The notes under the pieces: generated by a model
Seen by the model: the letters and a program-made list of their open reading frames with translations, nothing else
Databases searched by the model: none
What the model was told of the DNA's origin: nothing
Virus record (IMG/VR): IMGVR_UViG_3300012950_001127
Span: 1-64,000 of that record
DNA from: a virus
Strand: one strand, 5' to 3'
DNA: 64,000 nucleotides
Shown here: in pieces, positions 57,010 through 64,000 of the stretch
How the letters are laid out: every line of letters begins with the position of its first letter
How positions within the stretch are numbered: position 1 is the first letter of the stretch
Made by a program: the position numbers and the translations under genes

Positions 57010-58296
57010 ATGAGCGGTAAGTTCGACAGAGGTTACAGAAAAAATAAATTAAAGAATATTACAAAGTTGGCCCTAGGGGATCAGCATGGAATATTTCAGC
57101 ATTTTCAGTCTGATGTGACTGATTACCCCTCTCGTGAACGCTATTTGTCAATGAGAGGTGGAGAGTCTACATCGAGAGATAGACTGTACGGGATAGGTCC
57201 AGAGCATGAAGACTCATATGTTCCGTTGGAACATACGGCTCGCTCTTTATCTACTCGTTACTCCCCAAATCGGTGCGGAGTGCAGGCCATGAGGGTTCCT
57301 GGGTCTAATGGCGGTGTATTTCAAGACCCGTATACCAAGAAGATTTACGATTATAACGAGGGATTTACCTTGGAGGATGGAACGTCATTTCCTGGAGGCA
57401 GCCCCGCTCTGCAGACCAGTTTGATGGGCTTTGCAAATCATTTGGACGAGTTGGGTTTATATAAAGAAGCAAATTATTTAGACAGTTTGATAAAAAGAGC
57501 GGGCGATCCAGCTGATGCGCTGTCAACAGAAGAGATCGTCAAGCTGGTGAGCTTTCTTAAGGCTCAAAAGCGACCCATAAGTGACTTAGCCAATGTTGAT
57601 AGCAAGACCCCATGGGTTATGGATGCGTTAAATCCGGTTTCTGAAGAAGAAAGTTTAGATCCATTTGACATGATAACTGGCGAGCATAGCGCATCACCAT
57701 CACCCGAGGGGCCTCTTGCAAGCGAAGATGGTATTATGTCAAAGCTTATTGCGGTAATGCCCGGGATGCAAGGCCGGGAAGCAGCCGATAAGATGAGGCA
57801 CTTAGAGGCTATAAAGGAAAAGCTTCAATCAGATTCTGAAAAAGATATGGAAAGCGCAGGTTGGATGGCTCATCATATGTTACAGGGCGTGACCAGAACA
57901 GGCGGAGAAAGGCTAAACGCTTTTATGCTTATGCTTAAATTATTTTCAATGTGGGGAGGAGAGTTGGCTCATGACTTTTTTAAATCTAGAACAGAAGATA
58001 TTGAGGCAGAGTTTCAAGAAGAGGGCAGATCTTGGTTCAAGAAGAGCGAAGGTCTTTCTAAAAACGTATTAGAGCATATGATAAAATTTGCTAATTATTT
58101 AGATTTTCACGGGCTTCGCAATGAAGCTAATTATTTAGATTTGCTTCTGAAGAAAAACGCACAAGAAGAGGCGGAGCCTCAGCATTATTTGACAGATGTC
58201 GCAAATTCTTTAGACAACAGAGGTCTTTATAGAGAAGCTGACTTTTTGGATGCCTCAATCAAGAGGGCTCAGGCAGCAGCCAGTTTATCTTCATAA
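57010..58296 (+). CDS. Putative virion cargo protein with three ANxLD tags
   Basis: FANHLDELGLYKEANYLD, FANYLDFHGLRNEANYLD and VANSLDNRGLYREADFLD, each followed by a KxA site. Confidence 0.7.
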   Translation: MSGKFDRGYRKNKLKNITKLALGDQHGIFQHFQSDVTDYPSRERYLSMRGGESTSRDRLYGIGPEHEDSYVPLEHTARSLSTRYSPNRCGVQAMRVPGSNGGVFQDPYTKKIYDYNEGFTLEDGTSFPGGSPALQTSLMGFANHLDELGLYKEANYLDSLIKRAGDPADALSTEEIVKLVSFLKAQKRPISDLANVDSKTPWVMDALNPVSEEESLDPFDMITGEHSASPSPEGPLASEDGIMSKLIAVMPGMQGREAADKMRHLEAIKEKLQSDSEKDMESAGWMAHHMLQGVTRTGGERLNAFMLMLKLFSMWGGELAHDFFKSRTEDIEAEFQEEGRSWFKKSEGLSKNVLEHMIKFANYLDFHGLRNEANYLDLLLKKNAQEEAEPQHYLTDVANSLDNRGLYREADFLDASIKRAQAAASLSS

Positions 58297-58314
58297 ATAA
58301 AGTTTTAATTCTTA

Positions 58315-58352
58315 AAGAGTCCTGGCCTAGTAAAATAAGGCTAGGACTTTTT
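58315..58352 (+). terminator. Rho-independent terminator
   Basis: AGTCCTGGCCT-loop-AGGCTAGGACT followed by TTTT. Confidence 0.75.
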
Positions 58353-58366
58353 ATTTTGAGGTAAAT

Positions 58367-59053
58367 ATGAGTAAGAAAATTTTAAATCATCCCGAAAAGG
58401 AAGAGATAATAAAAAAGCTTTTATCTGGAGACTCTGTAAAAGAGGTTGAACGATGGCTTAAAGAAAAGCATCCAAGGACAAAAAGGCTTCATATTTCCTA
58501 TATGACTCTTCAGAAGTTTAGATCAGAAAATTTAAATTTAAAAGGCGAAGTTCTTGAGGATATAAAAGATAAAAGAACAGAGATTGATCAAGAGTCAAAA
58601 GAAGCAGAGGCTAGAATGATCATAACAAGCTCTTCTGCATATCAGCAAAAAATAGAAGAAATAGCTTCTTCTGAATTAGACGTTTCAAAAAGACTTCTTG
58701 AGATGGACTCACTAATTAATTCTAGAATAGAATACTATTTTAACTTATTGCAACAAGGCGGCTCTTTGCGCGAAGATAAGATTTTCATTGAGTATGTTAA
58801 TACTATGAAGTCTATTATGCAAGACTGGAAGAAATATATTGAAGGATTTGCGGATAAAAAAATAGAACATAATATTAATATTAGTGTAGTAAATGAACAG
58901 GCGAAAATTTTGAAAGAAGTTGTTATGGATGTATTGCAGGAATTAAGTCCAAATCTTATTCCTATATTTGTAGATAAGCTGGATTACAAGATGAAAAAAG
59001 CAAATAATGATGATATAAGCTTAATTGAAGGAGAGGTAATAGATGTTGATTGA
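58367..59053 (+). CDS. N-terminal HTH protein, possibly terminase small subunit-like
   Basis: EIIKKLLSG.SVKEVERWL...ISYMTLQKF HTH pattern, helical middle, IEGEVID-type tail. Confidence 0.4.
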   Translation: MSKKILNHPEKEEIIKKLLSGDSVKEVERWLKEKHPRTKRLHISYMTLQKFRSENLNLKGEVLEDIKDKRTEIDQESKEAEARMIITSSSAYQQKIEEIASSELDVSKRLLEMDSLINSRIEYYFNLLQQGGSLREDKIFIEYVNTMKSIMQDWKKYIEGFADKKIEHNINISVVNEQAKILKEVVMDVLQELSPNLIPIFVDKLDYKMKKANNDDISLIEGEVIDVD

Positions 59054-59306
59054 AGGAAGACAATATCAGGTTTTAAACCTTGATGACATTAATAGCCTTG
59101 TATCTTTGGAGGCTTGGGTCAAAAGGAATCTTTCTCTTTTTGATGAAGAGGCGAGTGTTTCTTCTGGAAAAATAGAAATTTTTCTAAATTATATTAAAGA
59201 AATAGTTAAATCTCAAAAGCCAGCAGACAAGTCGGAGTGGTTAGAGAAATTAGACGGCTTAGAAGAAAGATTGATAGAAAAAAGAGATCGAGCCGCAGGG
59301 GGCTAA
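59043..59306 (+). CDS. Hypothetical protein
   Basis: GGAGAGG RBS; coupled to its neighbours. Confidence 0.65.
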   Translation: MLIEGRQYQVLNLDDINSLVSLEAWVKRNLSLFDEEASVSSGKIEIFLNYIKEIVKSQKPADKSEWLEKLDGLEERLIEKRDRAAGG

Positions 59307-60868
59307 TGATGGGAAATATAAATAAATATTTATCAATGAAACTGTCTGCTCTTATGACCTCTTCTGACTTGGGCGGCTATAAAGCTTTAACTAAAAGAGC
59401 AGAGGCATTATCAACTATTGGAATAGATAGTAATGAAAAATTTATAAAGTATTTATTTTTAAAAAAAGCAAGTAGAAATTTGGGGCTTAGTGTTGAATCA
59501 TTTGATATATCAAAGCTATTATCTTATAATATTAAGAATATAAATGATGCTTACTATTATCTGCTAAAAAACAGAATTAAGGGTACTATGAAAAAGGTTG
59601 CTTATCCAAACTTTGATCCAAATATTTATGACAGAATAGAAGATGAGTTTGATTTAAATAAATGGTTAGACGTAACTCATCTTGTTTTTGATGCTGTTTC
59701 AAAAAATGAAATGACAAAAGAGAACGCCCTAGACTATTATAGTAATTTTTTAGATATAGAAAGAGATGAGGATCTTAATTTTAAAAAATGGTTTGAATAT
59801 TATAGCAAGGGCGAGCATTTAAAATATAGTTCAGAGGAAAATAAGCAAATGAAAAAGAAAGCACTTTATACTGCAGATTTGGGGCAAGGAAATAACCCAT
59901 ATTATGGCGGAAGCGGAAGTTCGTATTTAAATAGATCAACTGGTTTTAATATGCCCGGCGATAGTTTTGGCGAGTCTTTATTTGGGGAAGAATCAGAAGA
60001 AGAGCAAACAGAGGGCTCTTCGGAAGGCTGTGGCGCCGGCTCAGGAGATGAGTTTTCAGGATGGAAGAGAAAATTGCATTCTGCATGTAGGCGTATAGAC
60101 AGGCTTATAAGAAATGATAAGTTTCTAAATTCAGAAGATTATAAAGCATTGGCAGAATTATTGCTGAATTTAAGCTTGCAGGTTCAAATGTTAAAGCTCG
60201 CCTCTACTGCCTCTGATGTAACTCATAGGGCTGCTAACAAACTAAATAAGATGGGCTACCTTGGTGAGGCAAGTATACTTAAGAAAATTGCACAAGAAGT
60301 CCCCGCCAATCCCCCCGTTGCCGAAGAGCAGGTTGCTCAAGACCCTGCTTTTGCGAACGCAGCACCAGTGGTTCCGGGGATGCCTGCTGGTGCCCCGGCC
60401 GAAGAGCCTCCACGGGCTCCGACTATAAAAGACATGATTCCAAATCCAGGAGATGTTGATGCAGCATCTTTAAAAGATATTGTTCCTATTCCTGGAGCGA
60501 GACCCGGAGAGTACGAAGAGCTTGCTGGAGAAGTTAACGTTGAAGATGCGGCAGTAAAATTAGACGAAATTGCGGGCATGCTATCCGACAGAAGGATCAT
60601 TAGGCGCTTGGCAGAGTTTGATATTATGCTGGACAAAATAGGAATTGCCTCAATGTTCCCTGAGCTTGCAGAGTCTCAAAGTAAATTAATTGATTCATTT
60701 TCTTACGCTTTAACTAGAGTGACAAAGATGATGGGGCAGCTATCTAACGCCAAGACAGTTATTGAGGCTCAGCCAAACTTTGTCCCTGGAGCAGTTCAGG
60801 CTCCAGAGCAGGAGGCTCCAGAGCAGGAGGCTCCAGAACAAGGCCAGGGGTTTCCTCCGGCCATATAA
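59306..60868 (+). CDS. Putative virion protein with multiple KxA sites and a divergent tag
   Basis: MKKVAY, MKKKAL, MLKLAS, AANKLNKMGYLGEASILKKIAQ, followed by Pro/Ala/Glu-rich linkers. Confidence 0.65.
   Translation: MMGNINKYLSMKLSALMTSSDLGGYKALTKRAEALSTIGIDSNEKFIKYLFLKKASRNLGLSVESFDISKLLSYNIKNINDAYYYLLKNRIKGTMKKVAYPNFDPNIYDRIEDEFDLNKWLDVTHLVFDAVSKNEMTKENALDYYSNFLDIERDEDLNFKKWFEYYSKGEHLKYSSEENKQMKKKALYTADLGQGNNPYYGGSGSSYLNRSTGFNMPGDSFGESLFGEESEEEQTEGSSEGCGAGSGDEFSGWKRKLHSACRRIDRLIRNDKFLNSEDYKALAELLLNLSLQVQMLKLASTASDVTHRAANKLNKMGYLGEASILKKIAQEVPANPPVAEEQVAQDPAFANAAPVVPGMPAGAPAEEPPRAPTIKDMIPNPGDVDAASLKDIVPIPGARPGEYEELAGEVNVEDAAVKLDEIAGMLSDRRIIRRLAEFDIMLDKIGIASMFPELAESQSKLIDSFSYALTRVTKMMGQLSNAKTVIEAQPNFVPGAVQAPEQEAPEQEAPEQGQGFPPAI
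60798..60842 (+). repeat. 15-bp coding tandem repeat x3 (AGGCTCCAGAGCAGG), encoding APEQE
   Basis: Read directly from the sequence. Confidence 0.85.
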
Positions 60869-60877
60869 TGCTATAAT
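60869..60877 (+). promoter_or_regulatory. Extended -10 promoter element TGCTATAAT
   Basis: Perfect TGnTATAAT about 20 bp upstream of the nucleotidyltransferase start. Confidence 0.5.
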
Positions 60878-60898
60878 TAAACACTTAGAGGCTTAGCG

Positions 60899-61747
60899 AT
60901 GAATAAAGATGAAATATATAATATTATTTTAAAAATAAGTAAAGAAAATTATATTTCAGAGCCATTTGTTGTAGGGGGAACTCCCCGGGATATTTACCGA
61001 GGCGAAGAAGATTCCAATCCAGATATAGACATTACTACGAATGATGCAGATATATTGAGGTTGGCAATTTTAGCTGCCGATAGCCTAAAGCTTAGGTTTC
61101 ATTTGTTTAATGATGGGCATGTTTCTGTGTATGTTGCAGAGCCAGAAGAGTCATATGCTTTAGACTTTTCAAGCAACTTTGTTTCAAAAGATGCAATCGC
61201 TTATATAGATAGAGAGCTTAGGCATGTAGCTAATTCGCCAAAATTATATGAAGTATATAGCAGAGATTTTACGATGAATACGCTTCATAAAAGATTACTT
61301 AGTGACGAAATTATTGATCCAACCAATATGGGTATGAAAGATATAGATAATAAAATTATAAGAACGGTTGTTCCGCCAAATATTACGTTCTATGATGATA
61401 AGCGAAGATTGTGGAGAGCAATTCGATTTGCTGCAAAATTTAATTTTAAAATTGATGATAAAATAATAGATTACGTAAAAAGCGTTAGAGATGAATTCAC
61501 AGGAGAAGGAAAGTGGGGAAAGGCCGGACCCGGAAGAAAAGTTAGTGACCAATTTGTTTCAACATCTGTGGGTGAAGCGCTTAAGTATAATCCAGAGCTA
61601 ACAATGCATTATATAAATGAAATGGATTTACTTCCTGCGGTTCCATTGTCTGGAAGATTTAAAGAAGAAATAATAAATAGAAAGTTAGTAAATAAATATT
61701 TAGATGATGTTATTAATTTGAGCGAATATGAATTAAGTGTTTTGTAA
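60899..61747 (+). CDS. Class II tRNA nucleotidyltransferase (CCA-adding)/poly(A) polymerase family
   Basis: VVGGTPRD, DIDITT, SRDFTMN, DDKRRLWRAIRFAAK. Confidence 0.88.
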   Translation: MNKDEIYNIILKISKENYISEPFVVGGTPRDIYRGEEDSNPDIDITTNDADILRLAILAADSLKLRFHLFNDGHVSVYVAEPEESYALDFSSNFVSKDAIAYIDRELRHVANSPKLYEVYSRDFTMNTLHKRLLSDEIIDPTNMGMKDIDNKIIRTVVPPNITFYDDKRRLWRAIRFAAKFNFKIDDKIIDYVKSVRDEFTGEGKWGKAGPGRKVSDQFVSTSVGEALKYNPELTMHYINEMDLLPAVPLSGRFKEEIINRKLVNKYLDDVINLSEYELSVL

Positions 61748-61816
61748 TATAGTATTATATATCATGTCATTTATTCAAAATTTACTAATATTTTTCTCAT
61801 TTATAGAGAAGGATGC

Positions 61817-62251
61817 ATGATCAGAGGTAAAAGCCACAAATGTCCATTTGGACTTTCAATAACAGATGGGTGTAAAACTGCCGGCGGAATTATAGAAGGA
61901 ACAAAGATGATGGCCATATCTGAGATGCAACCACTTGATATTTTTGAAAAAAAAGAGGACGCTAAAGAAGCTATGAATGATAATTTAGATATAATGATTA
62001 TGGTTGGAGAGCCTATGCGCTGCCCCTTTGCCGACTTAGTATTAGAAGAGAGGAATGCTGTTGACTGCAAATATGATCCAGAGCATTCGTCAGTGCCTGC
62101 GGGAAATGTTGGATTAACCGGCAGCCCGCTCTACCCACACACGTTTGTTGGTAATATGTCTGAGGCCCAATACGGGTACCCATTAGAATATTATTCTGAT
62201 AATAATGAAAGTAGAGACGTATATTATGGACTTTATAGTTTAATAGGATAA
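61817..62251 (+). CDS. Cys-containing hypothetical protein
   Basis: CPFG...GC, CPFA...VDC; TACTAAT at 61783. Confidence 0.65.
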   Translation: MIRGKSHKCPFGLSITDGCKTAGGIIEGTKMMAISEMQPLDIFEKKEDAKEAMNDNLDIMIMVGEPMRCPFADLVLEERNAVDCKYDPEHSSVPAGNVGLTGSPLYPHTFVGNMSEAQYGYPLEYYSDNNESRDVYYGLYSLIG

Positions 62252-62256
62252 ATAAA

Positions 62257-63939
62257 ATGAATAAAAAATTTACAACATCATCAGTTTACAGAGAGCCTCA
62301 AAGTTCTGATTCAACGATTTATATCGAAAAAGAAGCTCAGTGGCAAAGACAGGTAGGCGAAGCGGCCGGCCGGTTCGGGGAAGCCCTTAGGGGCTCTGAG
62401 GGCAGGGAGCAAAGGACTAGAGCTAGATGGAATCGGCAAGACGAGAGCACATCTGGTAGGCGCGACCGGCGAGACCAAAGAGAGGCGGGTTCTGACCAAA
62501 GAAGAGAAAATAGACGGGAAAGACAAGATCTGTCTAGAGAACAAGGAAGGTCTTATAGCCCTTGGAATCAAAATGATGCTCGTGTAGATCGTAAGCGTGA
62601 GCGCCAAGATGCTGGCGAGGCGGCTTCTGACCAAAGAAGAGAAGATAGACGAGAAAGACAAGATCTATCTAGAGATCATTCTAGAGAAGAATACGCCCAA
62701 AGGCAAGGATGGGGCGATTACGGCCAGGCCTCGGACGCAGCAGCAGGAGGCGCAGCCGAGATGGCAGAGTCACCATTGGGTCAACTGGCTTCGGATCGTC
62801 CACCCACCGTTAATAACCCAGAGTCTATGCAGGCCTTAGAAGAGGCTGCCGCCGCTGATACTGCGGCGGACTCACAATGGCCCACCACCGTTAATAACCC
62901 AGAGTCTATGCAGGCCTTAGAAGAGGCTGCCGCAGCAGATGCTGCGAGCTCTAACGCGAATGATGGCGTAGTTTATGTAGAGGGAGTAAATAACGCAGCA
63001 GATTATATGTTAGATGATGCTTTAGGCCTGGGCGGAGGTGACGTTGTCTTCGTGGAAGAAGTGTCAGAGAATATTCCCCTTCCTCTTGAAGAAGTTACTT
63101 TTCAAGAAGGTCCGACCTCGGGGCATGAAATGAAAGATTTAAGCTTAGGAGACGTTGTAGATGGCCTAGCAGATGTTTTAGATGACGCAGGAGACCTCGG
63201 AGAAGAGTTTGAGAAGCTAAAGAAGTATGTTCCTGGAACTCAAATGGACGAAGATGAATTAGATGACGCGCCAAAGGCAGAGACAAATTATTTAGATGAC
63301 GGAGATTTGTCTAAGTTTTTGGGACATATTACAGAGCAGTATCCGGCAAACATACCTCAACATGACGGCAGAAGTCAGTTGGGCTGCGAAAGAGCTGTTA
63401 GCTGGCTTGAAAGACTTAATAGTGAAATTTCTAAAAATATTCGTTTAGACACAGACAATTCTTTAGACTCAGATATACATAAGCTTGAAGAAATTCGTGT
63501 AAATGTTATGCGAGATATTCTTGTTCTCAAAAATCACTTAGCTAAATTAAAGAAGAGATTTAAAGAAGAAAACAAGAAGAGCGCATCTTTGGATATAGAC
63601 GGAATACCAAGCTGGACAAGCTCTGGCGGAGATGAGGTGGAATATTCCGACCTAAAAAAGGAGGCCTCTACGCCAAGAAAGATGGTTATTGCAGTGCCCC
63701 CATTTCAGAGGGCTATAACGGGAATTCTAATCAACGCGCATATCTCTGGAGGCCATCCAATGGAAGATGTTTATGAGTTTTTGTCAAAGAAGTATTCCAT
63801 AGAGCCACGTGAAGAACTTGCAATAATGCAGGTGTGCATGGATAGTGGGTTCCCCATCTTTAAAGACAGAGGAACTTACTCTGGAGGATCAAAAGATTCT
63901 AACAAGGCCATGGATTTTGTAAGGAATTATTTTGCATAG
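62257..63939 (+). CDS. Putative virion protein with a low-complexity insert after a KxA site
   Basis: IEKEAQ, then R/E/D repeats and a duplicated PTVNNPESMQALEEAAAAD; coiled coil; NKKSAS and LKKEAS. Confidence 0.65.
   Translation: MNKKFTTSSVYREPQSSDSTIYIEKEAQWQRQVGEAAGRFGEALRGSEGREQRTRARWNRQDESTSGRRDRRDQREAGSDQRRENRRERQDLSREQGRSYSPWNQNDARVDRKRERQDAGEAASDQRREDRRERQDLSRDHSREEYAQRQGWGDYGQASDAAAGGAAEMAESPLGQLASDRPPTVNNPESMQALEEAAAADTAADSQWPTTVNNPESMQALEEAAAADAASSNANDGVVYVEGVNNAADYMLDDALGLGGGDVVFVEEVSENIPLPLEEVTFQEGPTSGHEMKDLSLGDVVDGLADVLDDAGDLGEEFEKLKKYVPGTQMDEDELDDAPKAETNYLDDGDLSKFLGHITEQYPANIPQHDGRSQLGCERAVSWLERLNSEISKNIRLDTDNSLDSDIHKLEEIRVNVMRDILVLKNHLAKLKKRFKEENKKSASLDIDGIPSWTSSGGDEVEYSDLKKEASTPRKMVIAVPPFQRAITGILINAHISGGHPMEDVYEFLSKKYSIEPREELAIMQVCMDSGFPIFKDRGTYSGGSKDSNKAMDFVRNYFA
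62804..62933 (+). repeat. 49-bp perfect direct repeat (62804-62852 and 62885-62933)
   Basis: CCACCGTTAATAACCCAGAGTCTATGCAGGCCTTAGAAGAGGCTGCCGC x2 with an 81-bp period. Confidence 0.9.
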
Positions 63940-63948
63940 AGAACTAGT

Positions 63949-64000
63949 ATGAAAGTAAAAAGACAAAATATTAGCGAAGAATATAATACAACGGTTGATT
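63949..64000 (+). CDS. Start of a gene truncated by the window edge (MKVKRQNISEEYNTTVD...)
   Basis: ATG 10 bp after the previous stop; reading frame open to the end of the window. Confidence 0.55.
   Translation, partial: MKVKRQNISEEYNTTVD

Noticed and set aside
764-63286. Minus-strand and short nested ORFs in the six-frame track
   Set aside because: They are antisense or out-of-frame shadows of well-supported + strand genes, with no recognisable motifs.
1-64000. Alternative genetic code (stop-codon reassignment) as in some huge phages
   Set aside because: Standard code 11 gives full-length intact genes at high coding density, with TAA, TAG and TGA all used as stops.

Overview
This 64 kb window is almost certainly part of a large (jumbo/huge) tailed bacteriophage genome. 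It is AT-rich and densely packed, and every credible gene lies on the + strand. Host-like genes appear out of their usual cellular operon context. Recognisable content: (1) replication/recombination: DnaE, a primase split into a stand-alone zinc-finger gene and a TOPRIM gene, gp32-like SSB, UvsY-like protein, RecA, RuvC, SbcCD, FtsK, a Cas4/RecB-like nuclease and HU; (2) nucleotide metabolism: PurA, an IMPDH/GMP reductase and ThyX; (3) proteostasis: two divergent GroELs, Hsp20, an M16 peptidase and an AAA+/vWA pair; (4) RNA handling: KhpA, a DHH phosphoesterase and a CCA/poly(A) nucleotidyltransferase; (5) a sigma factor and a 1833-aa tail-fibre-like protein. The most interesting signal is in the unannotatable genes at about 4.3-8.8 kb and 54.9-64 kb. 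They share a ~28-aa helical tag (LxKxANxLDxxGxxxxAxxxDxxIKxA, 7 copies in 5 otherwise unrelated proteins) and many [ILM]-x-K-x-A sites at segment boundaries, and the blocks are usually preceded by a T(A/G)(C/T)TAAT motif. I interpret this as a late-expressed capsid-targeting and protease-processing system for virion cargo; this is inference and untested. A second repeated motif, TTTCYTATCRGTTA, marks three putative early gene clusters. No tRNA, rRNA or CRISPR array was seen. All family assignments come from motif recognition by eye, without database searches.
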